Source: an uncultured Actinomycetes bacterium (GTDB lineage Bacteria; Actinomycetota; Thermoleophilia; RBG-16-64-13). From it: a stretch of DNA of 59,087 nucleotides. The notes below the pieces were generated by a model, which had not been told where the DNA came from, ran no database searches, and saw only the letters and a list, made by a program, of their open reading frames with translations. Numbering within the stretch: position 1 is the first letter of the stretch; every line of letters starts with the position of its first letter. Made by a program: the position numbers and the translations under genes. The stretch is taken from positions 1 through 59,087 of the forward strand of contig CAVPLM010000013.1 of assembly GCA_963706025.1 (NCBI GenBank), in the 5' to 3' direction. Positions 37,224 through 48,003 of this stretch are shown here, piece by piece.

Positions 37224-38093
37224 CTAGCTCACCACGCTCAGGATGGTGACCGCCGCTATGGTGCAGATCACCCCAGCCACCTGGTGAGGGCGTGGTCGTT
37301 CCTTCAGAAGGACCAAACCCAGAATGACCGCCACGGTGGCATACTGGGAGACGGTCACGCCCGCCACCGCCAGCGGTCCGCGCTCGACGGCGAGGGTCAT
37401 GGCGACCAGGCCCAACACCTCCAGTACGCCGGCACCCACACAGATGGCAGCGCCTTTACGGCCCAGCACGTTGTGCGACCCCCGAGTCTGTCCCGCCCTT
37501 CGCGCCCGAGCGAGGGCCCAACCAGCCACCGGCAGGAAGAGGATCAAGCTCGTGATCCGTGACCAGGCCGCCTGCGAGAGCCACGAGAGCTCCCCCGCTT
37601 GGTCGAAGAAGATGATCGCAGTTGCCCAGAGCACGCCGGTGAGCAGTGCCCAGCCGGCGCCGGCGGCCGACCGAGCCCGGCCCCGCACCGCGGCCAGCGT
37701 ACCGCCGACGACCGCCAGGGCGATCCCCAGGCCCATCAGAGACGTGAAGCTCTCCCCCTCAAGGAGCGCAAACACCGCGATGAAGAAGCCTTCCAGCGAG
37801 GCCAGGGGGGCCACGAGCGAAAGATCACCGACCTGAAGGGCCCGCAGGATGCTGAACCATGTCGCCAGGTAGAACGCGCCCGCCGCGGCGCAGTAGGCCA
37901 CAGCCCGCCACTGGGCAGCGGTAGCAGGGAGCCCGTCGGCAAGGAGCGCTGCCGGGACCAGGATCACCACCCCGGTCGGAATCACCCAGCACAGGACGCG
38001 GACCAGACCTGCGAGGCGGCTCATACGCTGCGCGAGCAGGTCGTGGAAGGCGTAGAAGACCGCCGACAAGAGCCCGATGAGGACCGTCAACAA
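37224..38093 (-). CDS. EamA/DMT-family transporter
   Basis: Two hydrophobic repeats, GDLSLVAPL, LLKERP. Confidence 0.85.
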   Translation of the reverse strand: MLTVLIGLLSAVFYAFHDLLAQRMSRLAGLVRVLCWVIPTGVVILVPAALLADGLPATAAQWRAVAYCAAAGAFYLATWFSILRALQVGDLSLVAPLASLEGFFIAVFALLEGESFTSLMGLGIALAVVGGTLAAVRGRARSAAGAGWALLTGVLWATAIIFFDQAGELSWLSQAAWSRITSLILFLPVAGWALARARRAGQTRGSHNVLGRKGAAICVGAGVLEVLGLVAMTLAVERGPLAVAGVTVSQYATVAVILGLVLLKERPRPHQVAGVICTIAAVTILSVVS

Positions 38094-38147
38094 GAGAGCT
38101 ATCTGCCTGCGCTCAAGACCCTGGACGCTGCGGCACTAACAAAAGGG

Positions 38148-38660
38148 CTAGGAGTAGGCGCCCCATTGCACGAGTGTCCGCAGACTGCGGCGTCTCTTGG
38201 TGCGGGCCGGCTGAGCGGGGTAGCCGAGCGGGGTCAGGACGAGCGGTTCCAGCTCCGCGGGAAGGTGCAAGACCTCGCGGACCACCGCCGGGTGGAAGTC
38301 GGCGATCCAGCAGGTCCCCAGTCCCAGGTCGGCCGCCTGCAGGATGAGGTGGTCCATCACGATGGCTACGTCGGTCTCGACATACGTCACTCCGTCTTTG
38401 CGCACCCAGGCCTCGCCCGCAACGGCGCAGGCTACGATGATCACCGGGGCGGTGTAGAACCACTTGCGCGAGTATGCTCCAGCCATCGCGGTCCGGGTGG
38501 GCTCGTCGGTGACGACCAGGAGGCGGAACGGCTGCCGGTTGTCGGCCGTGGGGGCAAGACGGGCGGCCTCCAGTACCTGGCGGACAAGGTCCTCCTCGAC
38601 GGGGCGCTGCTCATAACGCCTCACGCTCGCCCGGGTAGTGACCAACTCACGGAAGTCCAT
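38148..38660 (-). CDS. Nitroreductase-family protein
   Basis: RASVRRY, APTADNRQP, GLGTCWI, LGYP. Confidence 0.9.
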   Translation of the reverse strand: MDFRELVTTRASVRRYEQRPVEEDLVRQVLEAARLAPTADNRQPFRLLVVTDEPTRTAMAGAYSRKWFYTAPVIIVACAVAGEAWVRKDGVTYVETDVAIVMDHLILQAADLGLGTCWIADFHPAVVREVLHLPAELEPLVLTPLGYPAQPARTKRRRSLRTLVQWGAYS

Positions 38661-38686
38661 GTTCGTCCTCCTTCTTGTATCTGCAC

Positions 38687-41600
38687 CTAGCGCGAAGCCG
38701 CGTAGGCATTGCGGAACATCCTCATCCACGGACTGGTGCTGCAACTCCATGCGGGCGGGACCCAGGGCCACTGGCGAAGCTGAAAGCTCCGCTCGGGGTG
38801 GGGCATGATCGCCAGGTGGCGGCCATCCGGGGAGCAGAGCGCGGCAATGCCCAGAGGACTGCCGTTCGGGTTGTACGGATAGGTGGTGGTCGGGTTCGCG
38901 TCAGGGTCGACGAACCTGACGGGTGCCAGTCGGCTCTCGACGATCCAATCGAGCGTCGCAGGGTCGGGGACATGCAGGCGGCCCTCGCCGTGAGCCACCC
39001 AGACCCCCAGTATCGAGTCCTCCATCCCCCGCAGCATGACCGCGGGGCTCTTCTCGATGAGAACCGTGCTGAAGCGGGACTCGAAGCGTTCCGAGCGGTT
39101 CCTGATGAACCGAGGCTTGAAAGTATCGGGAAGATCGAAGCCGGGGATGCCCAGCAGCGCCATCAGCTGGCAGCCGTTGCACACGCCCAGAGAGAGGGTG
39201 TCCGATCGACCGAAGAAACGGGTGAATTCCTCCGCCAGCCGCTCGTTGTTGCGGATCACCGATGCCCATCCTTTGGCGGAATCGAGGACATCACCGAACG
39301 AGAACCCACCGACGAACGCGATCAGCTGGAAGCCCCCGAGATCGATAGCCCCCTTGATGAGATCGGTCATGGTGACGTCCCAGGGCTCGAACCCGGCCGC
39401 CAGGAAGGCGGCGGCCATCTCCCGGTCGCCGTTACTGCCCTCCTCGCGCAGGATGGCGGCCTTTGGCTTGGTGACGGAGACGCCTAGGGAGCCGCCGCCG
39501 CGCGGGCGTCGCTCCGCCGCAGGCTCCGCGTCCGGATCGAAGCTGAGATAGTACGGCCGTGTACCGGCCCCCGACCGATGGGAGAGCCACTCCTCCTCGG
39601 CACACCCGGGGTTCGCCTGCAGGCGCTCGAGCTGGTAGCCGGTCTCCTCCCAGGTAGAGTGCAGCCCGCGCACCGGCTCCTGTAGCACCACTTCCTGGTT
39701 GAAGCTCAGCTCGACCGCGCCGTCCTCTACATACCCCAACTCAATGCCGTCGACGCCGTGGCGTTCGAGGATCCGGCGCGTCTGTTCTTCGTCGGCGACC
39801 TCTACGACGACGCCGGCCTCCTCCGCGAACAGGCATTCATACAGATCGTCTCCCTCGACCTTGACCCGCCAGCCCTTCTCGCCGGCGAAGGCCATCTCCA
39901 ACAAGGTGACGATGAGCCCGCCGTCGCTGACGTCGTGGCAGGAGACGATCGCCCGGCTCCTGACCAAGTCCTGTACCGCCTCGAAGACCGACTTCAGAGA
40001 CCTCGGATCCTCTATATCGGGAGCCTCGTCCCCAAGCTGGGAAAGAACTTGAGCGAACGCGCTTCCACCCAGCCGCCGCCTGCGTCCCACCGCGAGCAGC
40101 AGCAGCTTGTTGCCGTTCTCTTTCAGATCGGAAGTCACCCTCAGCCCGACATCCGGCACCAGGGCGTAGGGGGCGATCACCAGCTCTGGGGGAGCTTTGA
40201 CCAACTCGCTGCCGCCTGCCGGGGTCAGTCCCTGGCTGGCCATCGAAAGGCTGTCTTTGCCCCCGTCGATAGCCATGCCCAGCGCGATCAGGAGGTCCCG
40301 GAGCGCGCACGCCGCGTCATAGAGCCATGCTCCCTCCCCAGGCTGCTTCACCGCCAGCATCCAGTTGGCCGAGCACTTGATCTCGCTGATTCCCGACACG
40401 ACCACGCCCGCCATGTTCAGAAGCGCCTCGGCCACGGCCATCCGAGCGCCCGCCTCGGGGCTGATCAGCCCCTTGATCGGTTGCTCGCCCAGGCTGAGGG
40501 CGGTCCCCGAGGGGTCGGCGTACGTCTGAGCGATCACCGCATAGTCCGACAGGGGCAGATGGCGGGGGCCGACCAGTTGCCGCTGGATGACAAGCCCGGT
40601 GACGTCCAGATCGGCCTTGTTGGTGAGGAAGCGCTTGGAGCCTATTCCTGGAAGCCGGAGCACGAGGTCGAGCACCCGGCGCAGATCCGCGGCCGGGGGA
40701 AGGACCAGGGGCGCAAGGTCCGCCCGCCCCAGCCCACGCGGGGAGCGGCGCTCGAACTCGAACCTCTTCGGAGGCAGCCGCCCCAGGATGTCGTCCAAGG
40801 GGAGCTCGACCGGCCTGCTGTCATCGGTCTCGTCGTACAGGACCAACAACCCGTCGCCTGTCACCCGGCCGACGATCGCCAGCGGAACGTTTTCGCGCGC
40901 TGCCAGGGTTTCCACGATCTCGAGCTTGGCGGGCAGGACGAGGAGGGCGTTCCTTTCCTGCGACTCGTTCCCCCATATCTCGAGGACAGAGAGCGTCTGA
41001 TCGCCGACGGGGATCGCCCGCAGGTCGATCACCGCGCCGGCCGGCTCCACGATCTCGGGCAGGGCATTGCAGTCGCCACCGGCCCCCAGGTCGTGGGCGG
41101 AGACGATAGGATTCGCCTCACCCAGCTCCACGCACGCCCGCAGCAGACGGTTGACCCGCTGCTCCATCTCGGGATTGCCGCGCTGGACGGCGTTGAAGTC
41201 GAGCTCCTGGACGTTCTTGCCCTGCTCCATGCTGCTCGCGGCTCCTCCGCCCATGCCGATGCGGTAGGCCGGGCCGCCCACCTGCACCACCAGCATGTCC
41301 TTCTCCGGCCTGCCTTTGACCGTGTGCTCGTCCCTGATCTGGCCCGCTCCCACGCTGTACATGATCGGCTTGTACCAGGAGCGGTAGCCATCGGGCAGGC
41401 GGAGGCCGAAGGTACGGGTGAAGCCGTAGATGAGGGGTTCGCCGAAGCAGTTGCCGTAGTCGGAGGCGCCGTTGCTGGCCTCGATGAGGATGTCGACCGG
41501 CGAGGCGAGATCGGGAGGATGGGAGTAGCCGTCCTCCTCCCAGGGCAGCTCATATCCGGGGAGGTGGAGGTTGCCGACACAGTAGGCCGCGCCGGAGGCG

Positions 41601-42610
41601 TAGACGAGTCCGCCCCGGCCGACCGCCTGGTTATCCCGGATCCGCCCGCCCCCGCCCGTCGCCGCGCCGGGATAGGGGGCCACACCCGAGGGGAAGTTGT
41701 GGGTCTCGGCAGTGAGGGTGGGATGCAGGAGAACCGGCCTCGGCAAGAGAGGCGACGGGCCCAGCGGCTCGGAGGCCACGAGCAGGTTCACTTCTCTTCC
41801 CCGGATGGCCGAACTGTCGTCGCGGAAAGCGATCACGGAGTTGGGACCTGAAGCCGCGAGCGGCTGCCTCACGATATGCATCAGATTCTGCTCGGGCACG
41901 CGGACGCCGTCCACCCAGAGCTCGCCCTTGAACACCCAGTGCCGGGAGTGCTCCGAGTTGGCCTGAGCGATCTGGAACAGCTCGACATCGGTGGGATCCC
42001 GTTCCAGCCGCCGGTAGATCCCGGCGATGAGCTCGAGGTCGCCGGCATCCCAGCTGCACCCGTGATCTCGGTCGAATCCCCGCAAGGCCTCTACTCCCTC
42101 CGTGAGCAGCGGGATCACCCTTACCGGTTGGGGAGAGAGACCGGTCTCGAACGAGGCCAGAGGCTCGCGGTACCGCATCTCCGTCATGCGGTCGTGGAGA
42201 GAGGCAAGCAGCTCATCCGCCTGCCGATCGGAGATGGCCACTGGGAGCCCGAGCCGCACCGACCGTTCGAGGCGGCGCACGGAACGGACACCGGAGCGCC
42301 GGCAGATCTCTACCGCGGCCGAGGACCAGGCAGTCTCGAAGTTCAGTCGCGGGCCATGCTCGATGACTGTGGGGAATCTCCCATCGAGGAAACTCACCGG
42401 CCCGAACTGCCCGGGTTCGAAGGTCTCCGACAGCAGATAGCGGAGAACGGCCAGATCTTGGGTGTCAAGCGGCTGGTCGGTCTCCTCGACGTAGAAGCAG
42501 TATTCCGTCCCCACCGGCCCGCCGAGCCACCCGACGACCCGTTCGGCGATCGAAATGAACGCCTCGACCCTCGTCGGGGTCATGCTTGGTGTCCGGAAGA
42601 AGCGCAACAT
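38687..42610 (-). CDS. purL: Phosphoribosylformylglycinamidine synthase, large fused form
   Basis: NSEHSRH, ETHNFP, HDLGAGG, GGKDSLSM, GGFSFGD, GVCNGCQ, MPHPER. Confidence 0.96.
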   Translation of the reverse strand: MLRFFRTPSMTPTRVEAFISIAERVVGWLGGPVGTEYCFYVEETDQPLDTQDLAVLRYLLSETFEPGQFGPVSFLDGRFPTVIEHGPRLNFETAWSSAAVEICRRSGVRSVRRLERSVRLGLPVAISDRQADELLASLHDRMTEMRYREPLASFETGLSPQPVRVIPLLTEGVEALRGFDRDHGCSWDAGDLELIAGIYRRLERDPTDVELFQIAQANSEHSRHWVFKGELWVDGVRVPEQNLMHIVRQPLAASGPNSVIAFRDDSSAIRGREVNLLVASEPLGPSPLLPRPVLLHPTLTAETHNFPSGVAPYPGAATGGGGRIRDNQAVGRGGLVYASGAAYCVGNLHLPGYELPWEEDGYSHPPDLASPVDILIEASNGASDYGNCFGEPLIYGFTRTFGLRLPDGYRSWYKPIMYSVGAGQIRDEHTVKGRPEKDMLVVQVGGPAYRIGMGGGAASSMEQGKNVQELDFNAVQRGNPEMEQRVNRLLRACVELGEANPIVSAHDLGAGGDCNALPEIVEPAGAVIDLRAIPVGDQTLSVLEIWGNESQERNALLVLPAKLEIVETLAARENVPLAIVGRVTGDGLLVLYDETDDSRPVELPLDDILGRLPPKRFEFERRSPRGLGRADLAPLVLPPAADLRRVLDLVLRLPGIGSKRFLTNKADLDVTGLVIQRQLVGPRHLPLSDYAVIAQTYADPSGTALSLGEQPIKGLISPEAGARMAVAEALLNMAGVVVSGISEIKCSANWMLAVKQPGEGAWLYDAACALRDLLIALGMAIDGGKDSLSMASQGLTPAGGSELVKAPPELVIAPYALVPDVGLRVTSDLKENGNKLLLLAVGRRRRLGGSAFAQVLSQLGDEAPDIEDPRSLKSVFEAVQDLVRSRAIVSCHDVSDGGLIVTLLEMAFAGEKGWRVKVEGDDLYECLFAEEAGVVVEVADEEQTRRILERHGVDGIELGYVEDGAVELSFNQEVVLQEPVRGLHSTWEETGYQLERLQANPGCAEEEWLSHRSGAGTRPYYLSFDPDAEPAAERRPRGGGSLGVSVTKPKAAILREEGSNGDREMAAAFLAAGFEPWDVTMTDLIKGAIDLGGFQLIAFVGGFSFGDVLDSAKGWASVIRNNERLAEEFTRFFGRSDTLSLGVCNGCQLMALLGIPGFDLPDTFKPRFIRNRSERFESRFSTVLIEKSPAVMLRGMEDSILGVWVAHGEGRLHVPDPATLDWIVESRLAPVRFVDPDANPTTTYPYNPNGSPLGIAALCSPDGRHLAIMPHPERSFQLRQWPWVPPAWSCSTSPWMRMFRNAYAASR

Positions 42611-42792
42611 GCTGTTCAGCCGAAACCTTACCACCCGACCGCTCGGTCGTGTTGCCGCCATTGTGCGAACAAAGGTGGATGGCGGAAGCCGGAGCGACGA
42701 GCGAGACTATCGCCGACTATGGAGCGAGACCGCTGACAGTCCTTTTTACGTACGCTATGATGTTCTTCATAACGTCACTCAAGGAGGCAGTC

Positions 42793-43074
42793 ATGTCGGT
42801 GATCCGGCCTTCCACGGATGTGCTACCGGTCACGGAGTTTCGCGCGAACACGTCGGCGTTGCTAACGCAGCTACGGGCCAGCAAGCGGCCGATCGTGTTG
42901 ACGCAGCACGGCCGTAGCGCGGCGGTAGTTATGGATGTGGATGTGTACGAGGGCCTACTCGATGAGATCGCTCTGCTGCGGGACATCCGCATCTCGGAGG
43001 AGCAGATAGCGCGCGGAGAGGGGATCGCGCACGATGAAGCCGTGGCGGGACTCCGGGCGCGGTTGACCAAGTGA
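42793..43074 (+). CDS. Phd/YefM-family antitoxin
   Basis: DVLPVTEFR..PIVLTQHGRSAAV; GTGA overlap with a toxin stub. Confidence 0.88.
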   Translation: MSVIRPSTDVLPVTEFRANTSALLTQLRASKRPIVLTQHGRSAAVVMDVDVYEGLLDEIALLRDIRISEEQIARGEGIAHDEAVAGLRARLTK

Positions 43075-43115
43075 AGGTCATCTGGTCCCCGCTGGCGTGC
43101 GACCACGTCGCCCAG
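43071..43115 (+). pseudogene. RelE/ParE toxin 5' stub
   Basis: MKVIWSPLA.D start, then sequence belonging to the opposite-strand module. Confidence 0.65.
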
Positions 43116-43142
43116 GCCCCGGACGAGGTCGGTACGCTTCAC
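43113..43142 (-). pseudogene. HicA toxin 5' stub
   Basis: MKRTDLVRGL overlapping the hicB stop (GTGA). Confidence 0.6.
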
Positions 43143-43330
43143 GCGACGCTCAGTTCACCGACCTTGTGGACCCGGGGGATCTCCCCCGAGACTAGCTCCT
43201 TGTACACGTCAAGCAGATTGTCCTGCAATTGTTCCATGGTCTCGCCCTGGGTGCGATAGTCAGGGTAGTCCTCAAGCCAGCCCACGAGGAACCCGTCTTC
43301 CTCGTAGTAAATGAACCTTTTGGTCTCCAT
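43139..43330 (-). CDS. Short HicB-family antitoxin
   Basis: YYEEDG.LVG.LEDYP...TQGET.EQL..NL. Confidence 0.85.
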   Translation of the reverse strand: METKRFIYYEEDGFLVGWLEDYPDYRTQGETMEQLQDNLLDVYKELVSGEIPRVHKVGELSVA

Positions 43331-43457
43331 CGCCTCTCCCCCGGATTCATCGGCCGGAACCAGTTTCCTATTCTACCTCGCCCGAAGTCCGGCGATCGCG
43401 CGAAACCCTACAACGAAAGGTGGACGACAGAGGGCGTGGCGACGCGCGGAGCCCAGG

Positions 43458-43919
43458 CTACACGTGTGTGCCGGCAACCTTGAGCAGCGCTTCCGCCTCC
43501 AGTCCGTCCTCCGGGCATGACGCAGTGCCGAAACTCGCCCTCATGGTGACGAAATCCTCGCCTACCTTGATTCGCGTCTTCTCTAGTGAGTCGGCGATAC
43601 GCCTCCCCGCCGTCTGGGTGGCCTGCTTCTCGGTCTCCTGCATGATGACGGCAAACTCGTCCGCACTACACCTGGATACGATGTCCACGTCCCGCAGGTG
43701 CGTCTCTATGATTGTCGTCAGATACTCGAGAGCGGATTCTCCGGCGGCATCCCCAGACGCATCCTTGACCCACTCGACATTGTCGAACCTGATCAGTAGC
43801 AGAGAAAACGGGCGGCGGTAACGTTTGTAGAGCTTGATATGGCGTTCAAGCTCATGCAGCACATACCAGCGGCAATTAAGGCCGGTGAGAGGATCCCGAC
43901 CGAGACTGTCTTCCGTCAT
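43458..43919 (-). CDS. Stand-alone degenerate GGDEF-domain protein
   Basis: DPLTGL, RCSADEF in place of RxGGDEF, ASFG.A..P.DG. Confidence 0.8.
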   Translation of the reverse strand: MTEDSLGRDPLTGLNCRWYVLHELERHIKLYKRYRRPFSLLLIRFDNVEWVKDASGDAAGESALEYLTTIIETHLRDVDIVSRCSADEFAVIMQETEKQATQTAGRRIADSLEKTRIKVGEDFVTMRASFGTASCPEDGLEAEALLKVAGTHV

Positions 43920-44125
43920 GTCGCGTCTCCCCCTGCTCGTTTCGGAACGCCCACATCGGGTAGTTTACGCTCTTAGAATCTACCAGGTTCGAGGGACAGG
44001 TCAAGCAAGGGACGCACCAAAGCCCCCGCAACTGCCTGGTGCCGTCCGGGGACCTGGAAGGTCTAGGATTCCGGCCGAAGAAATCAGTAGACTGGTCCCC
44101 AAACGTAATCGCACGGGAGCCGAAC

Positions 44126-45417
44126 ATGAGGCGCGGACTAGGGTCGATATCCGTTCGCTCTCTGGTGGCGTTCGCCGCCGGGTCCGTCTTTGCCATCGCT
44201 GTGCTGGCCGCTCTCCCGGCGACCGCGCGGGCTCAGCCCGCGACGCCCCTTCAAACCGCCGCGGTGGCCCGGACCTTCACCGACGTCCAGGGGAACGAGT
44301 GGTACGCGCAAGCCGTGCGCGCTCTGGCCCGGCAGGGAATCGTGGAGGGGCGCCAAGACGGCTCGTTCGGTCCGAATGAATCGGTGACTCGGGCGCAAAT
44401 GGCCGTGTTCCTGGCCCGGGCACTCGGGCTGCCGGAGTCGCCCGGACAACCGTTCTTCGATGTGAACAACCCGGATTGGTTCGCAGGCGCCGTGGGGGCC
44501 CTCTACCAGAAGAGGCTCATCCAGGGCACCAGCCCGATCGTGTTCTCGCCTGACCGGCCGATCAATCGGCAGCAGGCAGCCACGTTGGTGATGCGCTGCC
44601 TGAAGTTCTTCCTCGAGCGCGACCCTGCGTCCACCGTCGAACACGAGCTGGCGAAAGAACAAGCGGCGGTCTGGTTGGTGGGATTCCGCGACCGGCTGCT
44701 GATAGCCCCCTATCACGCTGTCTCGGTCGCCAACGCCTACCGCTTGGGGGTGATCGAAAGCAACGCCGACGGCTGGTTCTTTCCCGCGCTCAATCTCACC
44801 CGAGCCCAGATGGCGGTGATGCTCTACCGGGCCTTCTTGCAGCCCATCGAGGCGAGGAACGTCTACCCCATAGAACTGCCGGCGGTGTCGAGCTACGCCC
44901 CACAGTCGGTGGGTTCGGAAGGGAGCCTCGTGTCTTTCCTCGAGGCCAGGCTCACCGCTCTTCACTACCCCTGCGGTCCGGTGGACGGGGTCTATGACCG
45001 CCGCACCAGGGACGCGGTGATGGCCTTCGAGAAGGTCGAACGGCTCAAGCGGGACGGGAGCGTGGGGGCTAAGGTCTGGGAGCGCCTCTTCTCGGCCAAG
45101 ACGCCCAGTCCGCGTCGGTCTCTCGGCGGTACCCGAGCGAAGTCGATGTTGACCCGGCAGGTGCTCTAACATCATGATCACCGGGGATCAACAGAGTCTG
45201 GAAGATCGTGCACGTGTCGACCGGTAGGCTAGGGCGAGCCCGGTACCGGCCACTTCACGCGGTGGGGGTGACAAGTACGAGGGTTGAACGATGTTCAACC
45301 GTGCGTGCACTGCTCGGCGGCGAGATGTACTACCCCTCGTACATCGTCAGCAAGACGGCCATCCACGGCAAGGTCACATCGGTGAGCAAGCGTTCCCCCC
45401 TGAAGATCCGGCGATGA
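44126..45417 (+). CDS. SLH-domain protein with peptidoglycan-binding and L,D-transpeptidase-like C-terminus (frameshifted or truncated)
   Basis: FTDV..WY, TRAQMA repeats, GPVDGVY..T.DAV.AF, VHVSTG, AIHG. Confidence 0.75.
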
Positions 45418-45580
45418 GACAAGAATGCCATTTCACGGCCGTTGAGGAACTGCGCGTCCCCGTGTCGGACGGCGGGTAAGCAGCTGATACGAGCAGCTGC
45501 CGAAGGGTACGCCGGTCGACGGCTACTACTAGCGGCGCTGGGCAGGCATTACTAGTCTGTTGCGCCAGAGCAGCGTCCTC

Positions 45581-46720
45581 TTACAGGCCGAGGCTCCTTG
45601 CGATCACGAGTCTCATTACTTCGGAGGTGCCCTCACCGATCTCCAGCAGCTTGGCATCTCGCAGATAGCGCTCCACCGGGAACTCCCTAATGTATCCGTA
45701 CCCGCCGTGGATCTGGATGGCTTCTAGGGCTGCTCTGGTCGCCATTTCAGAGGCAAAAAGCTTCACGTAGCTTGCCTCTCGAGAGTAGGGCTGGCCATTG
45801 TCTCGCAGCCACGCAGCCTTCAGATACATGAGCCTGGCCAACTCTATGTTCATAGCTATGTCGGCCAGCTTGAACTGGATAGCCTGGAACTTCCCGATGG
45901 GCTGGCCGAACTGGACACGCTCCTTGGCGTACTTCACGGAGGCGTCCAGGCAGGCCTGGGCGATCCCCACTCCCATCGCGCCGATCGCGATCCGGCCGCC
46001 GTCGAGCACCTTTAGGAACTGCTTGAAGCCTTCTCCACGCACGCCGATAAGGTTTCGCTCGGGCACTCTCACGTCGTCGAAGAACAACTCCGTGGTGTTG
46101 GAGCCATGGAGGCCCAGTTTCTCGTATGCCGCCCTGACGGTGAACCCCGGTGTTCCGGTAGGCACGATGATGTCACTGATGCCACGGGTGCCTTTGCCCT
46201 TGTCGGTCACCGCGGTGATGGTCACGAACTTGGCGAAGCTGGCGTTGGTGATGTAGCACTTCGAGCCGTTGATGACCCACTCACCGTCCTCCAGCCTGGC
46301 CGTGGTCTGAGTACCACCGGCATCGGAACCGGCATTCGGCTCCGTGAGGCCGAAGGAGCCCATGCTCTCACCGCTGCAGAGCAGGGGCAGGAACTCCTGT
46401 TTTTGCTCCTCGCTTCCAAAGAGATAGATGGGCATGCAGCCGAGGGAGATGTGCGCCTCGTAGGTCAGGCCTGTCGAGCCGCAGGCTCCGGTGATCTCCT
46501 CCAAGGCCAGGCAGTAACTGACGTAGTCCCCCCCGGATCCCCCGTATTCCTCCGCTATCGGCAGCCCCATCAACCCAAGCTCGGCCATCTGCTTGAGAGT
46601 CTCCACGGGGAAGGCACCGGACCGGTCGACCTCTGCCGCCCGGGGCGCGATCTCGCGTTGGGCGAAGTCCTTGACCATGTCCCTGATCATCCGTTGATCT
46701 TCTGTTAGCTTGAAGTCCAC
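45581..46720 (-). CDS. Acyl-CoA dehydrogenase (butyryl-CoA DH-like)
   Basis: LTEPNAGSD, INGSKCYITN, RVQFG, QIHGGYGY, IGEGTSE. Confidence 0.95.
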   Translation of the reverse strand: MDFKLTEDQRMIRDMVKDFAQREIAPRAAEVDRSGAFPVETLKQMAELGLMGLPIAEEYGGSGGDYVSYCLALEEITGACGSTGLTYEAHISLGCMPIYLFGSEEQKQEFLPLLCSGESMGSFGLTEPNAGSDAGGTQTTARLEDGEWVINGSKCYITNASFAKFVTITAVTDKGKGTRGISDIIVPTGTPGFTVRAAYEKLGLHGSNTTELFFDDVRVPERNLIGVRGEGFKQFLKVLDGGRIAIGAMGVGIAQACLDASVKYAKERVQFGQPIGKFQAIQFKLADIAMNIELARLMYLKAAWLRDNGQPYSREASYVKLFASEMATRAALEAIQIHGGYGYIREFPVERYLRDAKLLEIGEGTSEVMRLVIARSLGL

Positions 46721-46827
46721 TCTCTCTCGCTTTCGCTCTGACCTGGAATCCTACTATCTAGAGATCGTCTAACCTTCGGGTTGACGGGACGGGATTTGCC
46801 TTCGGCAGCCGGTTGCCTGACAGGGTC

Positions 46828-47265
46828 CTACTCGCCACACCCTTGTCTTTCGCGCGGCAATAGGAGCTCGCCCCTGCCCGTGATGACGGTGACTCCGTCC
46901 TGATTGGTCCACACCGAGCTGACGATGACTCGGCGCTTGTCTTCCATCTTCTCGGCGACTTCTGAGACTACCGTGATAGTGTCGCCGATTCTAACGGGCG
47001 CTCTGAAAGACACCTCTTGCGAGACGTGGATAGCTCCCTCGCCCAGTATGGCCGACAGTGTCTGTGTGACCATGGCTGCGACGAGCATGCCGTGCGCGAT
47101 TCGACCCTCCCAACGAGATTGCTTGGCAAACACCTCGTCGACATGAATGGGATTGAAATCTCCCGTGATGCCGCAAAAGGCGAAGATATCCGCTTCACTA
47201 ACCGTCTTGCTGAAGGCGCTTCTATCACCCGGCTTGATGTCTTCATATCTCGTCTTGTTGTGCAA
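46828..47265 (-). CDS. MaoC-family (R)-enoyl-CoA hydratase
   Basis: TGDFNPIH, IAHGML, F.APV.IGD. Confidence 0.9.
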   Translation of the reverse strand: MHNKTRYEDIKPGDRSAFSKTVSEADIFAFCGITGDFNPIHVDEVFAKQSRWEGRIAHGMLVAAMVTQTLSAILGEGAIHVSQEVSFRAPVRIGDTITVVSEVAEKMEDKRRVIVSSVWTNQDGVTVITGRGELLLPRERQGCGE

Positions 47266-47451
47266 TCGTGCCCTCCTGCAAGACCGAAAGAACCCCGTTC
47301 GATGCGATCGTCCAATGTATTGTCACATGTCGTGGCCAACTCACGGTGTGCGCACCGACTCACCAACCTCCTATGTGCCGACCGCCCCAGAGATGCCGCA
47401 GACGAAGTAGAATACCTCGCACACACGATACGACACAGTAGGAAGAACCGC

Positions 47452-48003
47452 ATGATCGAGATACGATGGCACGGCAGGGGCGGACAGGGTGCGATCACCG
47501 CGGCGAAGATATTCGCCACGGCGGCATTCCAGTCTGGATACACCGGGGTGGTCATGGCCCCGACCTTTGGTACCGAACGTCGCGGCGCCCCGGTCTTCAC
47601 CTCCCTCAAGATAGCCAGGGAAAAGATATACGACGTCTCCCCGATCGAGACCCCCGATATCGTGGTCGTCCTCGACCATCTCCTACTGGCCGAGGCGGAT
47701 GTGACCAATGGGCTCAAGGCCGGCGGGCTCATCGTCCTGAACACCCCCAAACCCCCTGCGGCCTATGACTTCGGCGGCATGCGCCTGGCCGTGGCCGATG
47801 TCACGGCCCTGTCCGTGGAGGCGGGGTTGCCGCAGGGCAGGGTGAACTCCGGTATCATCGGGGCCCTGTGCCGGGCGCTTGACGTCGTCCCGTTCGATCT
47901 GGTCCTCGCGGAGATCGAGGCCGAATTCAAGGACAAGAAACCACAGGCCAACGCGCAGGCAGCCAGGCTCGCCTACGAGAAGACCATCGTGAGAGGCGCA
48001 TGA
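47452..48003 (+). CDS. porC: 2-oxoacid:ferredoxin oxidoreductase gamma subunit
   Basis: EIRWHGRGGQGA, FGTERRGAPV. Confidence 0.9.
   Translation: MIEIRWHGRGGQGAITAAKIFATAAFQSGYTGVVMAPTFGTERRGAPVFTSLKIAREKIYDVSPIETPDIVVVLDHLLLAEADVTNGLKAGGLIVLNTPKPPAAYDFGGMRLAVADVTALSVEAGLPQGRVNSGIIGALCRALDVVPFDLVLAEIEAEFKDKKPQANAQAARLAYEKTIVRGA

Noticed and set aside
38687-42610. Fused large-type PurL as a novelty
   Set aside because: Well-known form; host taxonomy cannot be fixed from this window, so unusualness cannot be claimed
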